Shown piece after piece: positions 11,381 through 23,390 of a stretch of DNA of 64,000 nucleotides. Numbering within the stretch: position 1 is the first letter of the stretch; each line of letters begins with the position of its first letter. A program made the translations under genes and the position numbers. The notes under the pieces were generated by a model. It was not told the origin of the DNA. It saw only the letters and a program-made list of their open reading frames with translations, and ran no database searches. The stretch is from Chiloscyllium plagiosum. Its lineage: Eukaryota. The stretch lies in the NCBI RefSeq assembly GCF_004010195.1, contig NC_057750.1, positions 428,378 to 492,377 of the forward strand. Direction: 5' to 3'.

Positions 11381-12298
11381 ATATTTTGTTAAGGTCCCAG
11401 ACAATGTTAATTCTGGGATCTAATGTGTCCAGTGTGAAACGTGGCCTGTCACATCCTAACATTTTTATAACCATGTTGGTCAGTTACTGAACATATTCAA
11501 AAGAGGCTACTAGTGTACTTTTAACACAGAGAATAATGTGTGTATTAAGTAACATAATTCAATGATCTATAATTCACTGGATAAAAGAAAGGTTAGAAAG
11601 ATTTCAGTACAGACATCAAGAAATGACTCCAGCTCACATTATCTCATTTACTGCAGCAGAATCCTTATAGTCCCCCAAAATCTCAGGGAACATTCAGCTC
11701 TGTCTCTCAGCTTATGCCTCTCACTCAGAATGAGACATGGCCAGCTGCAACCAATTTGTTTCTGGGGCATTTCCATGCAGTCACCAAATGATTGTACCCT
11801 TCAGCTAGTGTGGGTTCCTGAAATACCAGAAACAAACCACAAACTCAATGCACTGAGACTTTTAATTTCAAAGCAAATCCATGTCTTCTGCTGCCAACTG
11901 CTTTAATCCCACGTCCACACGCAGACCGGCTGACTCTCTGGGTTGTTCTATATTTTGACCCCTCTTGCTAAGCGACAGCACTATTTGTTTTGTCTGATTT
12001 TCTTAAAAACAAATTGCTGAGCTATTCAATCCCAGCTCCTCACTTTGAGGCTGTAAAACGTTATTGAAATGTCAGTTAATCAGATCTCCCGACCTCTCAG
12101 TGTCACACACAGAACAGATCTAAAACTAAACTGAACTATTTTTCCACTTCTTAAACACACAGAATACAAACAAAAATTCAACTTTACAGTTTTATATCAC
12201 AATTCTTTAAAATATATTTGTTCTTGATTGCACTGGTTGGCCAATATTAAGAAGGGAAAGATGATAAAGTGGTGTCATAAAATGAGAATAAACAGAGA

Positions 12299-12618
12299 GG
12301 GCAGCATGGTGGCTCAGTGGTTAGCTCTGCTGCCTCACAGCACCAGCCTCGGACAACTATCTCTATGGAGTTTGCACATTCTCCCTGTGTCTGTGTGGGT
12401 TTGCTCCGGTTTTCTCCCACAATCCAAAGATATACAGGTTAGGTGTTAATTGGCCATGCTAAATTGCCCATAGTGGTCAGGGGTGTATAGGTTAGGTGCA
12501 TTAGTCAGTGGCAAACATAAGGTAGGGGAATGGGTCTGGGTGGGTTACTCTTCACAGGATCGGTGTGGACTTGTTGGGCTGAAGGGCCTGTTTCCATACT
12601 GTAGGGAATCTAATTCTA
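12299..12618 (+). mobile_element. HE1-like V-SINE
   Basis: GGCAGCATGGTGGCTCAGTGGTTAGC head; GGAGTTTGCACATTCTCCC; tail GAAGGGCCTGTTTCCATACTGTAGG. Confidence 0.9.
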
Positions 12619-13812
12619 AAATAATTATAGAGTGAACAGAGATGAAGAATTTAAAGAGTGCTGGAAAAATCAAGTGTGATTTTTTTCAAATGTAACACCT
12701 TCCAATTTTAAACCCCTCAGGCAGCATTGACAACTTTTCACTGTTGGTGCAGTGCCTTGTTTGACACAAACACCCGAGCTCAGATATAGCATTGCAATGC
12801 TGTAATCCTACCACCAATCCAATCCAGCTCACCTCTATATCAGCGGCATCATCCTGAAATACTCACTCTGTGCAACTTACAACAAACATTTTTGTGTGAA
12901 AGAAACAATTCAGGTTATATTTTCAGAAAACCTCCTACCATGGTGTTGATTCCAACCATAGGACAACTAAAGCAGGTACTAACTTCCACTTCCAAGAATA
13001 TCTTTCCTGTGAGGAATTATGAGGGACACATTTTGTGCTAATGAACCTGAAACTATTAGAATGATCCGTCTCACTGCATGAACATTGGAGAATGCAAACA
13101 GCTGGAAGCATTAACTCTGACATGAGCCCAGGTTTCAGTATCAGTGGTACCCCAATGCTCATATCGACAGGCAGTGTAAGAATTCTACATTATAAAACAC
13201 TGCAATTCTTGTCTCACACTAATCAAAGCTTCACTGCTTACAGAGACCAAACACTAGTCAATCAATGAATGCATATAGTGAACCCTCTGATCTTTCTCGC
13301 ACATTCTTCATTTCTAACAACCCTTGTTTGAAATCCTAATACAGAAATCACTTTGACGTCTGCTTCTCAATAATGGTACAAGTACGTGTTATTACTTACA
13401 ACCAAGACTGCAGAATGAAATGCTCTAATTCTGCTCTTGTTTTATAATTTATATTCTGCTCTGTATGGGCCAAAATATATTTTCTCTGCATTACTCAATT
13501 CCCAGAACTGCCTCGATTATATTCCAAATTCATGATATTACATTAAGCTGTCACAGCGCTGGTGTAAATTTCTAATTCTCTGACTTGCTGACACTGTAAG
13601 AATATTCTTAGAATTTTGCAGTTCTGGGAAAGTCTGGAAGACAGTGTTTCAGCAACTGCCAATCTTTACATTTCAGTCCCTTTGAATGTTTGGGGCTGAC
13701 TGGCATTGGGCACCTTTTGCATTTTGTCCAAGAGGGCAAATGGGAAAGTTATTCAATATCTCAGCCTCGTCTGTTCCACTTTCTCTGAACAGCAGCAGCA
13801 GACATCACAAAG

Positions 13813-14360
13813 ACTTTATTTGTTCATGGATTGTGGGTGTAACTGGCTGGACCAATATTTATCGCTCATCCTAATTCCCCTTTGAGAAGGTGGTAATGAG
13901 CTAAACCCTTTAGCTTCTCCAGTCTGTGAGCAAGGTAGATAGCAACCACATCAAATCCAATTACTGCAGATGCTGGAAACTATACTGAAAACAAAGATGC
14001 TGGAAATCCCAGCAGGTCGGGCAGCATCTGTGGAGAGAGAGCAAGCTAACGTTTCGAGTCCAGTTGACACTTGATGAGGAGTCACCTAGACTCGAAACAT
14101 TAGCTTGCTCTCTCTCCATGGATGCTATCTGACCTGCTGGGATTTCCAGCACTTTTTGTTTTGTAAATAGCAATCACGGCACAGTTATAGAGGGAGTTAG
14201 TCCCATGACATGGTTTTAGTGCCACTGAAGGAATGGAGATCTAGTTCCAAATCAGGAGGCATATGAATTGGAGGGGAACGTACCCGTGGTGTTGTTCCTG
14301 TACATCTGTGCCCTTGTCCTTCTAGATGTTAGATATTGGAAGGCTTGGAAGGTGGTTTTG
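13813..14360 (-). mobile_element. L2-type LINE 3' end, split by the element at 13950-14162
   Basis: TTTATTTGTTCATGGA..ATTTATCGCTCATCCTAATT..GAGAAGGTGGT is the reverse of the tail at 38420-38570. Confidence 0.6.
13950..14162. mobile_element. Fold-back PLE-type element with hammerhead motif and 15-bp TSD
   Basis: Inverted arms about 13988-14069 and 14080-14162; (T)TGATGA-G-GAGTC ACCTA GACTC-GAAAC at 14071-14098; TSD GTAGATAGCAACCAC 13935-13949 / GTAAATAGCAATCAC 14163-14177. Confidence 0.8.
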
Positions 14361-14363
14361 AAC

Positions 14364-14693
14364 TGTATTGGTAGAAAAAGGTAACACTGAGATTTTCATA
14401 TTGGAGAGGTTGCACCAAGGCTCAAACGATTTTGAGGAGATTTTTAAAAAGGGAGAGAAAAGGTGCTGGAGTGATTGGAACCAGGTGGACCTTGTTGACG
14501 ATGAGATCTTTGATTTGGGTTGCTGACCTGGGCCAATCAGGGAGCCCTGGCTGACTGATATAAACAGGGGATTCAGAATTTCCTCAGTTCAGGAACTGAC
14601 TTTGAGCTGGCTGGTCACTTCCAGAGTGTGCTGCGCATGTGTAAATAAAGGGTGATGTGGTGACGGGATACCAACCTCTGTGCAGTTATTTTA
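14364..14693 (+). mobile_element. Probable solo LTR (Gypsy-type)
   Basis: Starts TG and ends ..AGTTATTTTA (CA decayed); CCAAT (~14533), TATAAA (~14559) and AATAAA (14644) lie in U3-R-U5 order. Left boundary and TSD uncertain. Confidence 0.55.
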
Positions 14694-14863
14694 GGAGCAA
14701 AGGTTAGATGTGAGGACAGAGTTCCAAAGCATTGTGTCAATGCCTTGCTGTCAAATATGGAGCAGTCTGACAGGGTGGACACCAGGTCTGGTGATAATGG
14801 GCTCTATTTCATGGGCTATGGTGAAAGGCACAAGGAGACCCCTGAGAGGGAGTGTCTAGACTA

Positions 14864-15063
14864 CAGAGGGACTTTGATTATCCAGCATTCGATTATCTGA
14901 TTATCTGGACAAGATCGCAAGGTCTCGATGCTTGTCTAAACTGTATTATCCATCATTCGATTATCCAAACATTCAATTATCCAAACTCTCAATTATCTGA
15001 ACATTCAATTATCCAAACAAAATACACCCCGCCAGAGGTGTTCAGATAATCGAGGTTCCTCTG
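14864..15063. mobile_element. Tc1/pogo (Tigger-like) MITE
   Basis: TA|CAGAGGGACTTTGATTATCC ... GATAATCGAGGTTCCTCTG|TG terminal inverted repeats; internal ~16-bp repeats ATTATCCAAACATTCA. Confidence 0.8.
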
Positions 15064-16124
15064 TGTATGATTTGAATTTGGTGAATTGGGAGAAAGCTAA
15101 TGGAGATTGACTGGGACAGGCATGATGAAGGAGTGAGACTTAGTGTAAGCTAGGCTATAGCAGTGAAGATTTGGACAAATTTTAATGTGTAGAGGAAGGA
15201 GTGAGTAGATTCCCAAAAAAGTTGGAGTAATGAGATGGTAGAAGGGGAGCTCTAGTTTTAGTTATCGTGGACATGAGTTTGAGGGAGCTGAGAAGGAAAT
15301 GAGAAAATGAAAAACTGACATTAGTGGTGGAATGAAATAATATTTAGATCTCAGTTTCAGATCGATACGGGACTCAAGGCTACATTAATTCAACCTGAAA
15401 GTACAGTCAAGGAGGGTAACGGAAACACGTTGAGGGTGGTTGCTCAGGAAAATAGCTTTGGTCCGTCATCTAACTTTTACATTTTCTTACTTATTCGCCT
15501 CTTGATGCTGGACAAACATCTAAAAAATATTTCTTCTCAAGCAGAGTGGATCCCCTCAGCACGGGGCCCTGGGTCTAACTATCACCTCCCAGTGGCTGCC
15601 AAAGTTCAGCAGAACCAGGAACCAAACCCTTTGATCTCAACATTATCCCTTCAATGTAGAACAAGTATTGTAAAGAATTTGTAACAAGTATGGATTTTGC
15701 AAGCTTGACATTCATTGAGTGAAATCTGGAAGGTGGACTTTGGCTCACTGCCCGTTTCATATTTGCTGTGATGAAAGCGCAGCTGAGAAAGCGGAGAAGG
15801 AAGGTTTTGGAAATGGATTTAATAAAACTGTTTGCTGCGATTCCGTGACTTTCTGCTGACTTCATCTATACCTCAGTATTCTGACTGAAGTTCCAATGAA
15901 TTATTATCACAAGCCAGTGATGTTGCCTGGAAGATGCACACAGATGAACATCGAGTGAGGAGAGTTAAGCTTCTGTTTTAGGGACTTTATCGGAACAACC
16001 TTTAAGTAGGGGGATCAATCGATGTTGGTGCAAGGAGTGAACTCTGGTGACTGAAGAATCCAAAATGTTCTCGCTCTAAAGTTTAATTCCTAGTGGACTA
16101 GGTCTCTAGAATTTTCACATGTGT

Positions 16125-16478
16125 GGGTGGCACTGTGGCTCAGTAGTTAGCCATGCAGAGCTAGAGATCTGCGTTCCATTCCAGCTTCAGGCAATTGTCT
16201 GTGTGGAGTTTGGACCTTTAGCCAGTGTCTATGTGGGTTTTCCGCAGGTGCTCCGGTTTCCTTAGACATTCCAAAGATGCCAGGTTAGGTGTGCTGGCCA
16301 TGCTAAATTGCCCCATAGTGTCAAAGGATGTGCTGGCTAGGTGGATTGGTCATGGCAAATATACCGGGATTGAGGTGGGGGGGGGGGGGGAGAGGGTCTG
16401 GGATACTCTTCAGAGGGTCAGTGTGGACTCGATGGGCCAAATAGCCTGCTCCCATACTGTAGGGATTCTATGATTCTA
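16125..16478 (+). mobile_element. HE1-like V-SINE
   Basis: GGGTGGCACTGTGGCTCAGTAGTTAGC head; tail CATACTGTAGGGATTCTATGATTCTA. Confidence 0.85.
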
Positions 16479-16714
16479 AGAAATTTCATTAACATGCATT
16501 TCCTTCAGCCTCCTGGATAACCTCAGTCAATAACTGAGGGAAAGACTTCATCCGTCTTGACTCAAATTCCTGCAATTCCAGTGACAACCATTTCTTCTTC
16601 CCTACTACTGCAATACATTTCAAACCCCATTTCTTCTACAAGACATTTCATAATCATCTAGTTCTCTAATAGCTGTTCCTCTCTGCCCCTTTTATGATAT
16701 TTTCCATCAATAAA

Positions 16715-17375
16715 ACAAAGGAACAAGGAACAATACAGCACAGGATCAGGCCCCTAGCCCTCCCAAGCCTGCCCCGACACATTTTGCCTTTCCATCCCAA
16801 AATTGTCTTCACTTACAAGATCCATATCCCTCTATTCTCTTCCTATTGATTATTCATCTGGGTGTTTCTTGATTACAGCTATTGTGTCTGCTTTCACCAC
16901 CTCCCCTAGCAACGCGTTCCAGGCATTCATCATCCTTTGTGTGAGAAACATACCTCACCCATGTCTTTTAAACTACCCAACCCAACCCCAATCCTGTACC
17001 TTGAACCTATGTTCCTAGTAACTGACTCCTCCACACTGAGAAAAAGCCTCACTTTCCACTCTGTCCATGCCATTCACAATCTTACAAACTTCCATCAGGT
17101 CATCTCTCAATCTCCTGCGTTACCATAAAAAAACCCAATCTATCCGAACCTTCTTCATAGCAAAAATCAGCCAACATCAGGCAACTACCAGGCAACATCC
17201 TGGTAAACCTTTTCTGTACCTGCTCCAAGATATCCACATCCTTCTGGTAGTAGGGTGCAATATTCCAAGTGTGGCACAACTAAAGTTCTATTACATTGCA
17301 GCATACCTTGTCTATCCTTATACTTAATGCCCCTTCCAATGAAGGCATGCAAGCCATAAGCCTTTTTTGCTGCCC
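16715..17375 (-). mobile_element. CR1 3' fragment
   Basis: Reverse tail AAGGAACAAGGAACAATACAGCACAGGA..GGCCC; CAACATCCTGGTAAACCTTTTCTG is the reverse of QKRFTRML. Confidence 0.8.
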
Positions 17376-17489
17376 AGTATATTAATACTCAGCCCTTTCT
17401 AGATATTTGGAGTGGATTGGACTTGACTAAGTGGCCAACAACTTCTCTGGATATTTTTTTCCAAATTACTTTGTGAGTTATGCACAGGA

Positions 17490-17867
17490 GGAGATGGCGC
17501 TGTCCTGGTAATATCCCTAGTCTAGTTAACTGTTAACCCAAGTTAACATTCCAGGGGACCAGGTTCAAATCCCACCAGAGCAGTTGATGAAATTTACATT
17601 CAATAAATCTGGAACTGAAAGCGAGTGTCAGGTATGGTGACATTGAGTTGTCAAAACCCATTTGGTTCCCTAATGCCCTTTCAGGAGGAAATGTTGCTGT
17701 CCTTGCCTGGTCTGACCTCACACATGACTCCAGACCCATTGCAACGTGACTCACTCTCAACCGCCCCCTGAAATGGCCGAGTGAGATACTCAGTTCAAGG
17801 CCAATTAAGAATGGACAGCAAATGCTGGCCTTACCAGCAATACCCACATCCCCTGTAAGAACGAATG
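17490..17867 (+). mobile_element. tRNA-derived SINE with L2-type tail
   Basis: B-box GGTTCAAATCCC; core AAAACCCATTTGGTTC..TAATGCCCTTT; tail AAATGCTGGCCT..CCCACATCCC. Confidence 0.8.
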
Positions 17868-18584
17868 ACCAATTGGGGAGGTTCTGAGTCAGGTACCTGT
17901 GACACTGTGCCCATCATGTCAGTTTGCTTTAGGGAATAAGAATAGTGTGAAGTGAGAGACAAATTTCCAAAGCTTACAAAAACTGCTTTTGAATCACTGT
18001 TCTACAGAGCATTGCTTAAATTGGAAAACATCTGTTGTCATCTTAATATGCAAATACAGAAACCCATTATACTTGTATTAAAAGTGATCCATAAACATAT
18101 GACTGAGTGGGAATGCATTAGAAAAGCATTCTTTCATCTCTGGGAGCAGACTTGGAATCCTAATGGGAACACTGTTTCCTATGCCACAGTGACAGCTGGC
18201 AAACATCCCCTCATGAATTGATGAGTGTGGCGATCCCTAACACAGGTCCCCTGTTCGCATGGATCCCTGCACTCACACGATCAGAATTTATATAAATACA
18301 CCCAACAACTTGAAAGGGATCTCTGACTTACTTCTACTTATCTTGTGCACCATTGCTGCAGGTTTATTTTTGACAGTTTATATTTAATGCAGATTTTAGT
18401 GGTGTGTATCTGCTGGGGACCCAGATCAATGCACCACTGCTGATGTTCAATTTTATGGGTGAATTACTCCCCCAATTTCTGATTTGTGTTGTGAGACAGG
18501 TTTGTAAACACAAACTCCTGTGTAAGTGCTTCAGATCTAATCTTCAGCAGTGAGCCTGGGGACAGTTGCTGTTTGCCTATGATA

Positions 18585-18780
18585 TGGGCCAAGTTTGCTC
18601 AGTTCTCTGGATGACTGCAGAGTGATGCTAACAGTGTGGGTTCAATTCCTACACCAGCTGAGGTTACCATGGAGGATTGTCCTTCTCAACGTGTCCCCTC
18701 ACCTGACACATGGTGATCTTTAGGTTAAACCACCACCAATCATTGCTCTATGAGAGAGAAGGACAATGGCAACATTATTT
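18585..18780 (+). mobile_element. Old tRNA-derived SINE (distinct family)
   Basis: GCTCAGTT.. A-box-like and GGGTTCAATTCC B-box followed by GCTGAGGTTACCATG. Confidence 0.5.
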
Positions 18781-19559
18781 TTACGAATTGGCATCACAGG
18801 AAATAATGTCTTCTTGTCCTCACTTGATATCCATGAATATGCCAATCACAACTGGCACAAATAAATATTAAATCAGAAACAGGGATCTGGAATCTTCACC
18901 ACTTGACAGATCTCCAATTAAACTAACTACTGCCTGAGGTTCATGTAAACCCAATGAATTGACTTAGACCACTTATTCAATCAAGGTAATCCTGGCCTGT
19001 ATGACTGAGCACATTAGAAATTTATTGAACAACTGAGATCTCAGCTCTTATGTAAAAGTATCATGAAGATAGCTTTCTCTCTTTTGGTCCAAAAGGACAA
19101 ACCCATTGGCCAGTAGCACATTGGTAGTGATGGAACTTAGAGAACAAAAGACACACCTGTACGACAAGACTGTATCTTTCTGTTGACAAAGGTTGCACAA
19201 TCAAACTTTAACATGAAAGAGAACCTGAAAAAGATGAATTGGCAAAGATCTACTCTGCCCTGCAACTGATCTAATGCTATAGTGGTGCATTGTTTATCAA
19301 TGTAGACACTTCTTCAAAAAGAAATTCACATGATCCCCTGAAAAAGACAAAACAAGATAAAACATTTAGGGAAAAACATCTGGGAAATTCTAATCCAACT
19401 ACTTTAGGTAACTGATGTTGATTTTAGATCTCAGGGCAATGAAGAATGACACTTGAGATTCCTGGGTGTGCAAGAGTTTTATTTACAGTGTGTTTAAAAT
19501 GTCAGCTCTTAAATTTACAGGTTTTTTTTCAGGTTAATTTCTGTTTATGTAACAATGTC

Positions 19560-19950
19560 CATGAAGAGCAGGAATAGGCCATTCAGCCCCTCAATCCTGC
19601 CCCATCAGACTATAATGTCCCAGGCCTCAACTATTTCATACCAGCTCCTCCTCACCCTCAATATTTGAAAATGTCAATTACCTCTTCCAGCCTACACAAC
19701 TCTCTGGAATAAAAGAATTCCAGATATTCACTACTCCATGGGAAAAGAAATCTCTTCACATCCCAGTTTTAAACGAGTGTCCCTTTATTCTGTAACTATG
19801 GCTCTAGTTTAAGATTGTAGTACAAGTGGAAACAGCATCACAACACAGCATAGTCAATCTGCCTTCAATCTTGTAAGTTTCAATAAGATCATACCTCATT
19901 CTTCTGAACTCTGATGAATGATGGTCGAAGCTGTTTAGGTCTTCTTGATC
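19560..19950 (-). mobile_element. CR1 3' fragment
   Basis: AGCAGGAATAGGCCATTCAGCCC is the reverse of the 4820-4856 tail. Confidence 0.75.
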
Positions 19951-20847
19951 CTTCCAGATTCCTTCATTGCAGAAGAAGTCCCAGCTCTACACCACCCTAT
20001 CCAATAGGAATTTCAGGATCATATCCAAATGGTGGGAGGCCAATTTCTCCCTGTCTGCCATGTCCATTGCAAATGTATGGAACCGTACAGGGCAACTCCG
20101 TGTCGGACCGACAGTGCGTGACCAGATGCACATTGGCCTTTTATACATGGTACCGGCAACGGGAATGCTGGTCAGTTCCAGGATCTCTGATGAGTAGCAA
20201 TTGCTCCAGGAACAGGTTGTTTTGAGTAGGGGTGGAAGCCAGATGGGATAATTGCAACAATTGAAATACCAATTAACATGGTGAGTTTGAGAAAACGCAG
20301 CCTTATGGCAAGAATCACTCCAACAAACTCATCACAACTTATGCTACGCCAAAAACAAAGCTCACTTTCTATATCAATCAATCCTCAATCCATGTGAATC
20401 CATGGCATCCAAAACTATCAGCTTTTATATGCGTAATAACTTTTTAAGTAGCACTTTATCAAACGCCTTTTGGAAAACCAAATACACTAGATCACTGATT
20501 CCCCTTTATCACTTCTGTTGGTTATGTCCTCAAACAAACTTCAGAAAACTTGTTATCCATGATTTCCCTTTCACATAACAATGTTAAGCTTTTCTAGGTA
20601 TCCTGCTATTTCTTCCTTAATAATGAACTCTAGCATTTTCTGGTGACAGATGTAAGACTAATTGGCCAATAGTTTCCTCCTTTCTGTCTCTCCCTCCTTG
20701 AACACAGATGTTCACTGGTTTTAAAATCCACTGAAACCCTCCTAGAAACCAATGAATTCTGGAATATTTTGACCAATGCCTTCACTATCTCTGTAGCCAT
20801 TTCCTTTAAAATCCTTGAATGCAAGCCCTCAGGTCCTGTTGACCTAT

Positions 20848-21097
20848 TATATTACTTACAGTGTGGAAACAGGCCCTTCGGCCCAACAAGTCCACACCGA
20901 CCCGCCGAAGCATGGCCAATTCACCTGACCTGCACATCTTTGGACTGTGGGAGGAAACCGGAGCACCCGGAGGAAACGCACACAGACACGGGGAGAATGT
21001 GCAAACTCCACACAGTCAGTCGCCTGAGTCGGGAATTGAACCCGGGTCTCTGGTGCTGTGAGGCAGCAGTGCTAACCACTGTGCCACCGTGCCGCCC
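20848..21097 (-). mobile_element. Young HE1-like V-SINE with short TSD
   Basis: Ends ..AACCACTGTGCCACCGTGCCGCCC; CpGs retained; ACCTAT at 20842-20847 and 21098-21103. Confidence 0.92.
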
Positions 21098-21475
21098 ACC
21101 TATCTATCTCTAATCCCATAAAATTATCAAGTACTTTGTCCATCTTGATAGAGACTGTTACAAGATCTTTCCTCTTGCTAACATCTTGCTTATCTGATTC
21201 CTTTGGAAAATTGATAGCGTTCTCCACCATGAAGAGAAATGAAAAATATCATTTAAATTAGTTGTCATTGTGGGGCTCTTTTTATCAACTCCTCAGCCAT
21301 CCTCCAAGGGGCCCATGCTTACTTTAGCTACTCTTTTTATTATATATACTGTAGAAGGCCTTGCAGTTTATTTTTATATTTTTGTCAATTTATTTTAATA
21401 GACATTCTCAATCCTATACTGGAAATGTGTTGCTGGAAAAGCGCAGCAGGTCAGGCAGCATCCAGGGAACAGGAG

Positions 21476-21508
21476 AATCGACGTTTCGGGCATAAGCCCT
21501 TCTTCAGG
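21476..21508 (-). ncRNA. Minimal type-I hammerhead ribozyme motif
   Basis: Minus strand C-CUGAAGA-A-GGGC UUAU GCCC-GAAA-CGUC-GAUU. Confidence 0.7.
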
Positions 21509-21510
21509 TT

Positions 21511-21543
21511 CCTGAAGACGGGCTTATGACCGAAACGTCGATT
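21511..21543 (+). ncRNA. Minimal type-I hammerhead ribozyme motif (one stem II mismatch)
   Basis: CUGAAGA(21512-21518)-C-GGGC UUAU GACC-GAAA-CGUC; predicted cleavage after C21539. Confidence 0.65.
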
Positions 21544-23029
21544 CTCCTGTTCCCTGGATGCTGCCTGACCTGCTGCGCTTTTCCAGCAACACATTTCCAG
21601 CTCTGATCTCCAGCATCTGCAGACCTCACTTTATTCTCAATCCTATACCCTGCCATTAGCTTTCGTCACTCTGTGTACCTTAGTTTTTGATCAGGACCAC
21701 CTGTGTTATCCATGGGTGGTTCAACCTTCTAACAGAGTCCTTTTTGTCCAGAATAATCTTTTCCTAAACATCATGACATAGCTGCTTAAATATCTGCTGC
21801 TGCTCACTCACTGACTTTCCCCTTAGTCTATTTTCCCAGGAGACTTTAGAAACCTCTTCATTCCTCTCTCATTGCCCTTATTTAAGTCGAAGACTCCAAT
21901 TTGAGACATGAGTTTCTCTCTCTCACAGTGAATTTGAATTTCTATTACACTATGGTTCCTACGTCCTAGAGGATATTGCTAATCTTTAATAGATCTACCA
22001 TAAACTGTGTCTGGGTAAATTTTGCAACTATCTGTTTCTAAGAAACAATCCTAGATGCACTGTGTAAATTCATCTTCCATGATACATTTGCCCATCTGAT
22101 TTGTCCAGTCAATATGCAGATTGACAGTTGTGGTGCCTTCTTGGACACTTCCATTATTTCCTGGTGAATACTTGGTCCTTCAAGGCAACTTTTCAGGGGT
22201 CTATATACAACTCCCACCCATGGCTCCTTTCCTTTGCATTTTCTTATTTTGTCTCTCCCTCTCCCTGAACAGGGATGCCACTTAAATGTTTTCTAATCCA
22301 ATGAAACCCTGCTGGAATGCAAAAAGAGTTCTGAAACATTTAATCTGGAATATTATAAATGGATTCTGCATCACGATCTATTACACTATATTAATAGTCA
22401 CTGATAGTATCCTGTATTGACAAAGGTACCCCTCCTCCCTTTCCTTTTTTGCCTATTCTTCAGGAATGTTGATTATCCTTGAATGGTCAGTTCTCAGACA
22501 TGGTCACCCTCCAACTATGTCTCTGGAGTAGCTATCAAGTCATATTCACTTATTTCTATTTGTGTTGTAAATTCATTTATCTTTTTAGAAATGTTGCATG
22601 CAATCACATAAACAATCTTAAGCTTTTACCATTATTAATTACAGCTCATGTATGCCACTCTCTGGATCCATTTTCTGTACCTGCTCTTCAGTGTTTTCAA
22701 AACCTCACGATCCCACTCCAACTTTTTCCTCATGCTCCTCCTCCGGGGGGGTGCTCAAAACTGGACAGGGTTTTGTACGTTTCGCCTTTGCCATGAAGAA
22801 TTGAGTTTGAGTCCTATATATTCTGACCCATTTGAGATCTTCGAATGCATCATGAATAGGTACAAGTCAATGATTCTCAGTGAAGGAATTTAGACAGTCA
22901 TGAACTTGTAGGGAAGGTTCGATAGTGGGACAACATCAATACCAAAACCAAATGAGATGAGGAGAAGGCTCCACATTGAAGAACTGGAAATGACAAATTG
23001 TCTAGTTTGAGGTCTAGGCGAAGGTGTCA

Positions 23030-23390
23030 ATGAGTCTTTGTTTCAAAATTATTCAAAATTACAAGGAGGCTGGACAGAGTAGAGAGGAACAAATCTTCCC
23101 ATTCATGGAAGGATCTAGAACAAGAGAAGACTGTTTTATGGAGATTAGCAAAAAGTGGTAACAATGACACAAGGAAAGATACTTTTATGAAGAAGTGGCT
23201 GGGACCTGGAATGCACTGGTCAGGAGTTCGGTTCAGGCAGGATCAATTATAGCTTTCAAAGGACAACCTATCTTAAAAAAAATCATTGCAGCCTACTTGG
23301 AACATATGAGGGCGTGGAACTGGTGTGATGCTGTTGTGGAGAGCCAGTATTGACCTGATGGACTGAATGGTCTACTTCTGTGCTGTAAGC
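23030..23390 (+). mobile_element. Old CR1 3' fragment
   Basis: TTCAAAATT..GACAGAGTAGA..TGGAATGCACTG..GGACTGAATGGTCTACTTCTGTGCTGTAA tail. Confidence 0.65.

Larger units (their letters stand above)
21419..21632. mobile_element. Young fold-back PLE-type element: 90-bp inverted arms, one hammerhead per strand, 16-bp TSD
   Basis: Arms 21419-21508 and 21511-21600 differ at 2 positions; TSD ATTCTCAATCCTATAC at 21404-21419 and 21633-21648. Confidence 0.92.
20440..22620 (-). mobile_element. Decayed CR1 ORF2, hosting a SINE and a fold-back element
   Basis: ORF 20630-20824 HSRILKEMATEIVKALVKIFQNSL..NYWPISLTSV; endonuclease remnants to ~22600. Confidence 0.8.

Noticed and set aside
21419..21632. Fold-back elements as DNA-transposon MITEs or miRNA precursors
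   Set aside because: The arms are asymmetric (unique tail on one side), TSDs are long and variable (11-16 bp), single-arm copies exist and the symmetry centre carries hammerhead cores. This fits retrotransposition better than cut-and-paste
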